A stretch of 64,000 bases of DNA, from positions 384,001 to 448,000 of the forward strand of contig CAWHBU010000006.1 of the NCBI GenBank assembly GCA_963827685.1, in the 5' to 3' direction. Positions 48,936-58,280 of this stretch are shown piece by piece; within the stretch, counting starts at the first letter, position 1, and every line of letters starts with the position of its first letter. The translations under genes were made by a program, and so were the position numbers. The notes beneath the pieces were generated by a model, which was given only the letters and a program-made list of their open reading frames with translations, had not been told where the DNA came from and did no database searches. This stretch comes from an uncultured delta proteobacterium. GTDB taxonomy: Bacteria > Desulfobacterota > BSN033 > UBA1163.

Positions 48936-49892
48936 CTATGCTTTCTCGGAAAGCCGATACCGCTCGCAGAGGTCTCCCCAGCAGGCCACCACTTGATGGT
49001 CCACGAGAAGCTCAATCACCTCACATTGATTTCCACACTCCCCGCAATCAAATCCCCGTGTAGAACAGGACTTTCGGAGAAGGTCAAATCCCCTAAATTG
49101 GGTTTTGGAGAGTTTGGCCCTTTTTACCAATTTAGCTGCGCCGATAGCACCCATGACATCGAAATCTTTCGGAATGACGAGAGAGACATCCAGTTCCCTT
49201 TCGAGCGCTTTTCGGATACCTCGATTTGCTGCGACGCCGCCTTGGAAGACAATGGGAAAGAGGATTTCTTTCCCCCGGCAGACATTATTCAGATAATTCT
49301 TCACCAGGGAGTCACAGAGGCCAGCTACGATATCCTCAACAGAATGTCCGATCTGTTGCTTATGAATCATATCTGTCTCGGCAAAAACCGTGCATCGTCC
49401 CGCGATCCGGACGGGGTGATGGGCCTTGAGAGCAAGATCCCCAAAGGCTTCGATGGAGATCCCGAGTCTGGCGGCTTGTTGATCTAAAAAAGATCCTGTG
49501 CCTGCTGCGCAGACCGTATTCATGGCGAAGTCGACCACAACGCCATTTCTCAGCACGATGACCTTGGAATCCTGCCCACCGATTTCGATGATGGTCTTTG
49601 CCTCGGGGAGAAAGTCAATTACGGCAATGGCATGGGCGGTAATCTCATTTTTGATCAGATCGCCCCCCACCAAATAGCCGGCCAAATGTCGGGCGCTGCC
49701 GGTCGTGGCGACTCCGTCGATGGGAACGGCTTTCCCTAATTGAGTCAGGATTTCCTCCATCCCTTGCTGAATGGCTTCAATGGGCCGGCCACTGTTGCGA
49801 ATATACGACTTGGCTAAAACTTGGTCGTGTTCGTTCATTACCACCAACTTGGTGGTAATGGACCCGACATCAATGCCTAAATAATTTGCCAT
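48936..49892 (-). CDS. ATP-dependent acyl-CoA dehydratase/reductase activase (HgdC/BadF-G type)
   Basis: GIDVGS.TTK, TTGS.R, EIGGQDSK, MN..CAAGTGSFL, RCTVFAE; C-terminal CxxCxxxC. Confidence 0.9.
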   Translation of the reverse strand: MANYLGIDVGSITTKLVVMNEHDQVLAKSYIRNSGRPIEAIQQGMEEILTQLGKAVPIDGVATTGSARHLAGYLVGGDLIKNEITAHAIAVIDFLPEAKTIIEIGGQDSKVIVLRNGVVVDFAMNTVCAAGTGSFLDQQAARLGISIEAFGDLALKAHHPVRIAGRCTVFAETDMIHKQQIGHSVEDIVAGLCDSLVKNYLNNVCRGKEILFPIVFQGGVAANRGIRKALERELDVSLVIPKDFDVMGAIGAAKLVKRAKLSKTQFRGFDLLRKSCSTRGFDCGECGNQCEVIELLVDHQVVACWGDLCERYRLSEKA

Positions 49893-49902
49893 GGTAAGAA
49901 TT

Positions 49903-49987
49903 TGTAGCGCCTCCATTTACTGGAGGCGAAATCCTAAAATCCCGTCGGCAATACCTGCCTGCCGGCAGGCAGGAATGCCGACGCTAC
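49903..49987. repeat. Third RAYT-type REP doublet with a nested 20-bp palindrome
   Basis: tgtagcgcctccatttactggaggcg...gtcggcaata[cctgcctgccggcaggcagg]aatgccgacgctac. Confidence 0.85.
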
Positions 49988-50002
49988 TCTATTTGAACTT
50001 TG

Positions 50003-51082
50003 TCATTTACCATTAATTTGAGCTTTGACATTTGAACTTCGTAATTTCTTCTGCTCTTCCATCACATCCCGGAACGCCTCCAATCGGGTGGTCAACCCTT
50101 CCCTTCCCGTATGCTCATCGAAAGAGAGAATGAGAAGGGGGATGGATGAGCCACCCCGAACTTTCAACCTTCTCTTGATGAATTCTTGAAGGAGGGCATC
50201 AATGCCACATTTAAAGGAAGTGAGGAAGACCGCCCCATCCACTCCACCGGATAGAAAGTGAAACAGAGACCCCACAATCTCTCTTCCGGATGACCAGTAA
50301 ATCTCTTTGGAAAGGTCAGAAACTTCCCGATCGATTTCCTTTTCAGAGAGGAAATCGGAAGTCGTGATCTCCATCCCTAAACTTTTCGCCAGGGCGAGGA
50401 GATCTTTGTTAATATCGATGTCAAAGAGATTGTAAGGATGGCCGATGAAAGCGACACGCAATGGACTTCCAATTCCTTTCCCTCCCCTTTTTACTGCTTC
50501 CCCCTCCCCTTTATCCCCTCCCACCAAGGGAGGGGAAATTTTGGAGGGAGGCGGTGTGGAAACATCCATTTCAAAGAGTTGCCCGGTGGGAAGTTGGTTG
50601 ATTCGATCCATCCAGTCTCTTTGAAATTTGTTGAAAGAATGCTCCGCCTCTCGAAAGGCTTTCTTGCTCTCCTGCCTCGATGCGCCGAGCCTTTCACCGA
50701 TCTTTAGAAAAGTCTGAAGGAGGGACATTCCCCCTTTTCGAAGATCGATGGTTTCGTCAATGACGGAAACATTTTCTCCCGTGGCAAGCCGCACAATATC
50801 CGGAGCTCCCCGAAACTTTGGACACATGATGTAATTTCGATGAACGCTGACTAATCGAGGGACAAAAAGATGATCCACCTTGTCTTTCAATTGAACGGCA
50901 TGCGTGATCAGAAGTTTCATCGGAAGGCAACTGTCTTCGAAATAGATGATCTTCTCCTTCTGTCTTACCCCGTCGGAAATCATCACCTTCCAACCCAACC
51001 TTTCAAAGAAGGGTCGCCAGAAGGGAAAGTAACGATAAAACATCAGGGCCCTGGGAATGCCTACGCAGCCCTTCTCTTCCAT
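50003..51082 (-). CDS. DUF2229 / acyl-CoA dehydratase activase-related protein
   Basis: VGIPRAL..Y.YFPFW..FF..LG, CLP.K, CPKF.G.PD, GHPYN, F.CG.D, DEHTG..G..TRLEAF. Confidence 0.85.
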   Translation of the reverse strand: MEEKGCVGIPRALMFYRYFPFWRPFFERLGWKVMISDGVRQKEKIIYFEDSCLPMKLLITHAVQLKDKVDHLFVPRLVSVHRNYIMCPKFRGAPDIVRLATGENVSVIDETIDLRKGGMSLLQTFLKIGERLGASRQESKKAFREAEHSFNKFQRDWMDRINQLPTGQLFEMDVSTPPPSKISPPLVGGDKGEGEAVKRGGKGIGSPLRVAFIGHPYNLFDIDINKDLLALAKSLGMEITTSDFLSEKEIDREVSDLSKEIYWSSGREIVGSLFHFLSGGVDGAVFLTSFKCGIDALLQEFIKRRLKVRGGSSIPLLILSFDEHTGREGLTTRLEAFRDVMEEQKKLRSSNVKAQINGK

Positions 51083-52161
51083 TCCAACATCTCCACGAAG
51101 GCCTCAAGGAGTGTCTGAATGCGGCCTTCGATTTCTTGCTCGTCTAAAATGAGAGTGAGGATAGGAATGTTCCAATCCTTTCCGACTTTTGTCAGGATTC
51201 CTGAAGCCGTGGTCTCCGGCATGCAGGCAAATGGCATGAGATGGACGATCCCATCGTATCCTTCTTTGGATCTCAGGATGGCCTCACCGATGGAGACATT
51301 ACATTCTGCACCCACATCGTAACCCAGATAAGCCTTGGAAGCTTCGAAGAAACGAACCCGTTCTGAAGCTTGATCAGCCTTATTTTTCCGAAGGCTCCTC
51401 AGGATATGCGTGGAGAACCAAGAGGTGCGCGTCACCTCCACGCCCAATTCCCCCAATTTTTGTTCCACTCCTCGATTGATATGGGGATCCATCACCGTGT
51501 AAAGTTCGCCCACAATGGCCACTTTAAACGGGATGCGGGAATGATCTTGCTCCATTTCTTGAAGAAGGACCTTTGCTTCCCGAACCGCTTGTTCAACGGC
51601 TTTCGGATTTTTGGCCTCATCCACCCAGGAGAGCGCCTTCTTCAATCGCTTCTGAGCCTCCCCTTTCTTGATCTCCATGGGCCTGACCTTCATGGTCAAT
51701 CGCTCCAATGCCTCGCAGGCCATCATCTTCTTCCACCCCATCCAAAGTCCGTAAGGGAAGAAGAGGACGTTTTTGGCACTCAATTCTTTTCTCAGCTCCT
51801 TCGTCTCTTCATGATTCTTCCACATGGCCTGCCAAGTCAACCGAGGTGGAATGGTCAGCCATCGATAATGGAGACCCATATCTTCAAGGATGATTTTCTG
51901 GACAAGGTCATAGAGTCCCAGACGACAGGGAGGGCCACTGCCCACCATCACAATGGTATCCGCTCCCATCTGAAGGGCTTCGATGAAATTCCCTAGGATG
52001 AGTTTGAAAGGAAGACAGATACACTCATTCGAGTGGAGGACACCCAGGGTCAGAGTTTTTCGGCTGGTTTCAGGGGGAACAATATAGGGAATGCCGGCGG
52101 TTTCTGCAATCGCCTTGCAAAAGATGTGCATCGAACCCAGATGAGGAAAAGTTACCTTCAT
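51061..52161 (-). CDS. 2-hydroxyacyl-CoA dehydratase (HgdD)-like Fe-S subunit
   Basis: FPH.G, CLPFK...GN, GPCR.G.Y, VGE.Y, PF.CMPE, DE........T.LEAF. Confidence 0.85.
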   Translation of the reverse strand: MKVTFPHLGSMHIFCKAIAETAGIPYIVPPETSRKTLTLGVLHSNECICLPFKLILGNFIEALQMGADTIVMVGSGPPCRLGLYDLVQKIILEDMGLHYRWLTIPPRLTWQAMWKNHEETKELRKELSAKNVLFFPYGLWMGWKKMMACEALERLTMKVRPMEIKKGEAQKRLKKALSWVDEAKNPKAVEQAVREAKVLLQEMEQDHSRIPFKVAIVGELYTVMDPHINRGVEQKLGELGVEVTRTSWFSTHILRSLRKNKADQASERVRFFEASKAYLGYDVGAECNVSIGEAILRSKEGYDGIVHLMPFACMPETTASGILTKVGKDWNIPILTLILDEQEIEGRIQTLLEAFVEMLEWKRRAA

Positions 52162-53570
52162 CCATGTTTACCCACTACCTTTTTCCTTTCTGAAAGGGGC
52201 TGAGGGTTTAGACCCTCCACTTTTCCCCTCCAGGCAGCCTCTGCAATCTCTCCATAAGTTTTGGCGTAGCTATCGATGGCCTGTGCAAAATCCGTAAAAA
52301 GCTGATCTGCCCCTTCATGGGTAAAGTATTTCGCATGCTGAAGGGCAATTTCCCTACCCTGTTCAGGGTGATCGATCAGAGGACAGGCCCGAAATAAGTT
52401 CTCCGAGAAAGGCTGGCGTGATCGCATTTCCCTGAATAGAGGAGAATTGAGAGCCTCCATGAGAGACTTCTCTTTGATATTGTCAGAGGCAAAATGGCAA
52501 AAGATGCAGGGCTCCACATCCCCGCGGGCATTGACATGAAAGTATTTCCTCCCCGCTGCGATGCATCCCTGAGTGAGACATCCATCATTCCAGAAGTCAA
52601 CGAATAGCATGGGTTTGGTGGCCCGAAAATAGGCGAGCCGCTCCCTCGCCCGGCTCCTCTGTTCAGGAGTCACCATGAGGGAAAGATCGGGGTTTCTTCC
52701 GATGGGGACATAATGGAAGTTCCAGAGAAGAATGCATCCCTTCTCTACCAGAAAATCGACAAAGGCATCGCTCGTCAGGACATCATGATTTCGGGAAGTC
52801 TGTGTCGTGGAGACAGCAAAAAAGATCCCAGCTTCTCTGAGCCCATCCATCACCTGCAGGATTCGATCGAACTGGCCCTGACCCCTTCTCCCGTCGGTTT
52901 CTTCTCTGAGCCCTTCGAGGCTGATCGCGGGAGCGACATTTCCCAGAGCCACAAATCGATCGATCATCTTCTCGTCGATCAATGTGGCGTTGGTATAGAC
53001 TTGGAACATCATATCTTCATGCTTTTCGAAGAGGTCGAAAAGATCCTGCCTCAAGAAGGGTTCTCCACCCGTCATCATGACCAGATGAATGCCCATCTCC
53101 TTACATTCTCCCATTAACCGATCCAGCACCCCGTAAGGAAGATCCTCGTGGGAATAGACCCCTGAATAACATCCATAGCAATTCAGATTGCACCGCATCG
53201 TCGGGCTGATCAACATGGCGTCCGGCGGATAGAATCCCCTCTCTGCCTCAAAGGCCTTTCTCCGGTTGGTACCTACCAGAAGCTGGTTAATGATGAAGTT
53301 GGAGATGAGCTTTTTCCGATGATGGGGGTGTGTCTCGCTGAGCACTCTTCGCGCAATCGCCAGACCAGGATGATCACTTTGGAAAAGAGTGCGAATCCAT
53401 CGAATCTTTTCTCGATAGGATTCCTTTTGAGGAATTTTCTCTGCAAGATGGGTCAGGCGAATCAAATTTTCTGTGGAGGCGTTGGCCAGAAGAGAAAGAG
53501 CGCTCGTCGTGAATTTTCCAATGGAATATCGCTTAGCCCGTTGATAAAAATCCATCTTCCTCCTCACCAA
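52158..53570 (-). CDS. Radical SAM protein with SPASM/twitch domain
   Basis: ISPTMRCNLNCYGC, GGEPF, YTN.TL, DFWNDG, GCIAAGR.Y.H.N..GDVEPC.F.HF. Confidence 0.9.
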   Translation of the reverse strand: MVRRKMDFYQRAKRYSIGKFTTSALSLLANASTENLIRLTHLAEKIPQKESYREKIRWIRTLFQSDHPGLAIARRVLSETHPHHRKKLISNFIINQLLVGTNRRKAFEAERGFYPPDAMLISPTMRCNLNCYGCYSGVYSHEDLPYGVLDRLMGECKEMGIHLVMMTGGEPFLRQDLFDLFEKHEDMMFQVYTNATLIDEKMIDRFVALGNVAPAISLEGLREETDGRRGQGQFDRILQVMDGLREAGIFFAVSTTQTSRNHDVLTSDAFVDFLVEKGCILLWNFHYVPIGRNPDLSLMVTPEQRSRARERLAYFRATKPMLFVDFWNDGCLTQGCIAAGRKYFHVNARGDVEPCIFCHFASDNIKEKSLMEALNSPLFREMRSRQPFSENLFRACPLIDHPEQGREIALQHAKYFTHEGADQLFTDFAQAIDSYAKTYGEIAEAAWRGKVEGLNPQPLSERKKVVGKHG

Positions 53571-54244
53571 AACAGACTTCGAAGAAAAAGTTTACAGACC
53601 ATCCAGGTATCGACCACTGGCCTGAAATGGCTGGAACCAGTTCCATCGACCCTTGGTGTATTAATAGGAACAGATAACACACTGAACCTCTTTTTGCAAG
53701 CTTTAATAAGGAGTTCCAATTCTGTCTCAAATCGGGAGGTCGAGAGGTCGACTTTTTTCAGTACTTCTGTCCGAATCAGTCTAAAACCCGACTGACTATC
53801 CGTAATGTCTGCGTGGCAAAGCCGTGCGACGGCCTTCACCCCCAAACGATTCCAGAAGCGACGGAGGAAGGTCATCTTCCCAAATTCTGTAGCCCGAGAG
53901 GCAATGAGGATATCAGGTTTGACGCTTTTGAAAACCTTAAGAAGGGATGGAATTTCTTCAGGATCATGTTGACCATCGGCATCCAGAGTGATGACCACCT
54001 CATAGTCTTTTTGGAGGATATATTGGAATCCCGTCCGGAGGGCAGCACCCTTCCCAAGATTGAGGGGATGCTCCAGGAGTCGGGCTCCATGTTCTGAAAC
54101 CACTCTCTTCGTCTCATCCGAAGATCCGTCATCGACAACAATGATATCCCCCTTCAGAGGTTCAATCTTTTTTAAGACAGAGCCAAGAGTCGCCTGGGCG
54201 TTATAAGCAGGGATGAGGACACAGATCTTCTCTGACCGCTGCAT
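53564..54244 (-). CDS. Glycosyltransferase family 2 (DPM1-like)
   Basis: IPAYN, VDDGS.D, N.GKG.AL, DADGQH, DSQSGFR. Confidence 0.9.
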   Translation of the reverse strand: MQRSEKICVLIPAYNAQATLGSVLKKIEPLKGDIIVVDDGSSDETKRVVSEHGARLLEHPLNLGKGAALRTGFQYILQKDYEVVITLDADGQHDPEEIPSLLKVFKSVKPDILIASRATEFGKMTFLRRFWNRLGVKAVARLCHADITDSQSGFRLIRTEVLKKVDLSTSRFETELELLIKACKKRFSVLSVPINTPRVDGTGSSHFRPVVDTWMVCKLFLRSLFW

Positions 54245-54292
54245 AGAATCTATTGCTTCCGATTTAAGATAACTGTCATATCTTGACCCACA

Positions 54293-54428
54293 AAGCACCA
54301 AATTCCAAGTACCAAGCTCGAAATAAATCTCAATAACCAAAATTCCAAATTCGAAACAAAATTATTTCAGTCATTGGGTTTTGCTAATTGGGATTTGTTT
54401 GTGATTTGCGATTTGGAAATTGGAATTT
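54293..54428. repeat. Heptamer-repeat palindromic element
   Basis: aagcaccaaattccaagtacc ... gatttgcgatttggaaattggaattt. Confidence 0.7.
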
Positions 54429-54493
54429 TCGGCCCCAGCCTCTCCGAATCTGCATTTTCGTTCTAACATTTTATGCATCGATTGTTAAGGGCA

Positions 54494-55791
54494 TCACCTT
54501 CTCTCTAAAAATCGTTTCATCTCTGCATCATAGAGAAAGGTGAAAAAGGTTGCAACCGATCCAAGTAGTGGAAGCGGATCATCTCTTGAAAATATATCAT
54601 AGGAGGTATTGGGGTTAGAGAAATCAAAGAAGGGGGGATGAAGATGAAAACGATTGGGATTGTTTAGAAAATGGAGAATATCACCCAACAGGAGCCAGCG
54701 ACAGCGCTTCCCCACTTCATAGTGACGTATGGGTTCGAAACTTTCTCTCCTGGCCATCCTCAAAATAAGGTAGGGAAAATCGACTCCAGAAACAATGGCC
54801 AGTTGCAATGAACCCCAGAAACGGGGATTGAGTTCCATCAGTTTCGGGATTCCATCCCTTGGGTCCACTTTGAATTCAACCATGCCCACGCCGACCCAAT
54901 TTAATGATTTAAGGAGGGAGAGACCTAACTCCATGATCTGAGGATGTTCAACCGCTTCCCGCAATGTGCTGGGACCTCCTTGGACTGGATACATCCTCAA
55001 CTTTTTGTGGACAAAGGCCGCTTTCATGTTCGAAGCCTCGTCAAAAAGGGCAGAGAGCCCAAAGGTCCCCGCTCCATCGGGAATCCATTCCTGAATTAAT
55101 GGAAGAGGATATCGGGCATGGACGCTTTGATAAGAGGAGATGAGATCCTCTCTTTTTTTCACATAGACAATGCCAAAGGAACCGGAGCTAATCCGTGGTT
55201 TAACCACCGCCGGAATTGGAATAGAAGAAAGACTTCCCCCCTCACCCTCCCCTCTCCCACCAGTCGTTGCGACTCGAAACCGAGGGGAGAGGGATAGAGC
55301 ACCGCTGATTCCTCCCTCTTGGAATGGGGGGGAGACTGGCTTCCCTTCCCCTCCCCCTCGAGGGGGAGGGTGCGGGAGGGGGGGACATAAAATGTTCTAG
55401 GGGTAGGAATACCTATTTTCTCCGCAAACCGTAAAAGATTTCCTTTATCCCGAACGAATTCAATCTCTTTCAAATCAGGAATGAGGAGGTAAGTATATTC
55501 AGAGATTTCAGAATGATATTTTGCCAATAAAAGCAGAGTCCCCTCTTCCATCGGGAAGAGGCAATCGTAGTGGTTCTCTCTAATCTCTCTTAGAAGAAAT
55601 TCGATAAATTGATTTGGGGACTGCTGTGGCGAAGGATAGATGAGGCGCCTGGTGCAATATTTCGAAAAGAAGGAGGTATTCAGGAATGTCCGCTCTCCAA
55701 CTGTGACACGAACCCCTTTCCGACCAAGGGATCGAACCACAGCCAATGATTTTCTAAAGTGCCCATCCGTGACCAGAACGCGCATCTTCAT
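54494..55791 (-). CDS. ATP-grasp (carboxylate-amine ligase) protein with REP-derived insertion and apparent frameshift in a G6 run near 55240
   Basis: N-part VLVTD....LA.VRSLG, DK..L...A...GIP.P.T; C-part VKPR..SGS.G, QE.IP, EFK.D......LME.NPRFWGS. Confidence 0.8.
55235..55386. repeat. Two G/C-rich REP-like hairpins inside the ATP-grasp ORF
   Basis: ccctcccctctccc...gaggggagaggg and ccctccccctcgagggggaggg. Confidence 0.8.
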
Positions 55792-55870
55792 ATTGCGGAA
55801 TGCAGATTGCGGATTGCGGAATTTAGATTCTTCGTTTTACATTCCGAATTCCGCATTCCGAAATCCGAAA

Positions 55871-56560
55871 TCAAATCAGTCCTTCGTCGGCGAGGCTTCG
55901 ATAACTCTCGCCCGCCAAGATGATATGATCATAAACCTTAATCCCAAGAAGCCGGCCCGCTTCTACCAACTGTTTGGTGATCCGAAGATCCTCTTCACTG
56001 GGGCTTGGATTTCCACTCGGGTGATTGTGGATCAAAATAATTCCTGCCGCAGGTTCTAAGAGAGCCTCATGAAAGACATCCCTCGGATGGACAATGCTCG
56101 CCTCGAGTGTCCCTTCTGAGATCGTCACGTCCTTAATCAAACGGTTCGCTCTATTAAGAAGAATGACTTTGAAGACCTCTTTTCTTAAATCTCTCATCAA
56201 AGGGAGATAGTGGTTTGCGACATCCGAAGATCGCTTAAAAGAGGCCTTGGAGCTATCTTTCTGGGATTGAATCCTTCTCACCAGCTCAAAGGCGGCCGAG
56301 AGGGTAGCGGCTTTGGCAGATCCAATGCCCTTGACCTTCATCAATTCCGAAGGGGAACGAGAGAAAAGTTTCTGAAGAGATTCGTACTGATCTAAGAGCT
56401 CCCTTGCCAAATCAATGGCTGTCTTCTTCCTTGTTCCCTTTCCAAGTAAAATACCTAAAAGTTCTGCTTCAGTGAGGGGTTGAGGACCATGTTGGAGAAG
56501 TCGTTCTCTGGGTCTCTCCTTCTTGGGCCACCGAGTAATCTTGTAAGAGGATTCGGCCAT
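55871..56560 (-). CDS. radC: RadC family JAB-domain protein
   Basis: ERPRERL...G...L...ELL, KGIG.AKA, HPRDVF, HNHPSG...PS.ED, DHII. Confidence 0.92.
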   Translation of the reverse strand: MAESSYKITRWPKKERPRERLLQHGPQPLTEAELLGILLGKGTRKKTAIDLARELLDQYESLQKLFSRSPSELMKVKGIGSAKAATLSAAFELVRRIQSQKDSSKASFKRSSDVANHYLPLMRDLRKEVFKVILLNRANRLIKDVTISEGTLEASIVHPRDVFHEALLEPAAGIILIHNHPSGNPSPSEEDLRITKQLVEAGRLLGIKVYDHIILAGESYRSLADEGLI

Positions 56561-56566
56561 GATTGA

Positions 56567-57346
56567 TTAAGTGGAAGCAGGGGATTCTGCCTTATTCCCA
56601 TCACTTTCAGAAGAAACCGGTGCAGGCTTTTTCCCAAAAATCTTAGAAAGTAGGATGCTCAACTCATAGAGCCCTATCAAAGGAAAGGCCATGAGCACCT
56701 GAGAGATTAGATCAGGAGATGGGGTCACAACCGCCGCGAAGATGAAAATGAGGAGGATCGCGTATTTCCTCTGCCGGGCCAACATCTTTGCATCAATGAT
56801 TCCGATCTTCGATAAAAGGACTAAAACCACGGGAAATTCGAAAACCAGACCACAGGCGAGCAAAAACTTGATGCTGAAAGACAGGTACTCTTTCATGCTC
56901 GGCATGGGTTTGATGATGTCAGTGGCATAACCCAAAAGAAAACCAAAACCGACGGGAATGGCAACGTAATATCCGAAGAGAACCCCTAAGGCAAAAAAAA
57001 GCGAACCACCGAGGACAAAAGGGATCACATATCTTTTCTCTTTTTGATATAGACCCGGGGCGACAAAAGCCCAGATTTGGTAAAGGATGAAGGGCGAGGT
57101 AACGATAATACCCGCGATGAACGCCACTTTCATGTATGTGAAGAACGCTTCGGCTACGCTGGTGAAGATCAATGATCCCCCTTTGGGCATCAATTCCTTC
57201 ATGAGAGGGGCGGCAAGAATGTTGAAGATAGAATCAGCGAAGGCATAGCAGAGGAAGAAACCTACCCCCATCGCGATAAATGAAAAAATGAGTCGTTTCC
57301 TCAGTTCCTGGAGGTGAGCGGTGAGGGGGAGTTTCTTCTCATCCAT
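56567..57346 (-). CDS. tatC: Twin-arginine translocase subunit C
   Basis: HL.ELRKRL, EAFF.Y.K, YQ.WAF.APGLY..E, FEFP, TP.PD..SQ. Confidence 0.93.
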   Translation of the reverse strand: MDEKKLPLTAHLQELRKRLIFSFIAMGVGFFLCYAFADSIFNILAAPLMKELMPKGGSLIFTSVAEAFFTYMKVAFIAGIIVTSPFILYQIWAFVAPGLYQKEKRYVIPFVLGGSLFFALGVLFGYYVAIPVGFGFLLGYATDIIKPMPSMKEYLSFSIKFLLACGLVFEFPVVLVLLSKIGIIDAKMLARQRKYAILLIFIFAAVVTPSPDLISQVLMAFPLIGLYELSILLSKIFGKKPAPVSSESDGNKAESPAST

Positions 57347-57767
57347 GGGAAGGAATCCCCTCTTTCGATTCTTCGGGTCCCTCCTTTTTTCCCTTTTCGA
57401 TCTTTTCCTCTTCCTTGGGGGTTGAAGCCGCTTCGTGGGCTGGGGTCTCTGTGAGGACAGAGGCTTCACTCCCTGCCATTCTCTCGGTGGTGGCCTCGGA
57501 AGAAATCGAGGCCTCTTCCATAGTCTCCGATACACCTTCGGTCAGATTACTAAGAAATTTTTCTCTCTCTTCAGTGAGGGTGCCTTTCAGTTCTTCGAGA
57601 TCCTTTGTTTCGGCCTCAAAACTTTCTTTCACCTCTTCAGTTGCCTTCTTAAACTCCCTCATTGCCCTGCCAAAAGCCCTGGCCAGCTCAGGAAGCTTAT
57701 TCGGACCGAAGACGATCAAGGCAATGGCCACGATGATCAACAGTTCCGGAAATCCAATATTAAACAT
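57339..57767 (-). CDS. tatB: Twin-arginine translocase TatA/TatB family subunit
   Basis: [28 protein letters not shown]; long acidic tail; directly upstream of tatC. Confidence 0.8.
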   Translation of the reverse strand: MFNIGFPELLIIVAIALIVFGPNKLPELARAFGRAMREFKKATEEVKESFEAETKDLEELKGTLTEEREKFLSNLTEGVSETMEEASISSEATTERMAGSEASVLTETPAHEAASTPKEEEKIEKGKKEGPEESKEGIPSHG

Positions 57768-58280
57768 AAATCCTCCTCCAAGTTTTATATCATAATTTTT
57801 CTCTCTATTGCAATGGGAAGCGAGCTCAGAGCCTTTATGGCTCAAAGTCCAAAGCTTAAAGGGTCAAGCTTAAAGCTTTGAGTTTTCAGCCTTTAGCTTT
57901 CAGCGTTCTAATGCTCCAAACTCATCACTCCGAACTATATACTCCGAGCTGAGAATTGTCTACCACCATAAATTGCCAAAAAAATCTTCCCATTTCGGTT
58001 ATAATAGTTTTTTAAGGAAGACCCGTGGCACTTGAATTTCTCAAAACCTTAATGCTTTGCATTGTTGAAGTCTCGAATTCCAAGAAGAGTTGTGATCTAT
58101 CCCGGCAGTGAAACAATTGAGTTTAGTGATAGAGCATGATATAAATTGTTTTACTCCGCTTTTCTGGTTTATTTAGTTTTCCGGTCCATCTGGTTGAATT
58201 TATGAATGGGACAAGATAAACCCCGAAAACTGAAAAAACCCAAAAGCCCTTTGAAACCCGAGAGCCAGGAGACCTTAAGC

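Noticed and set aside
55871-56560. radC as marker of a mobile or anti-restriction element
   Set aside because: Full-length chromosomal-type RadC next to tatBC, with no integrase or conjugation genes
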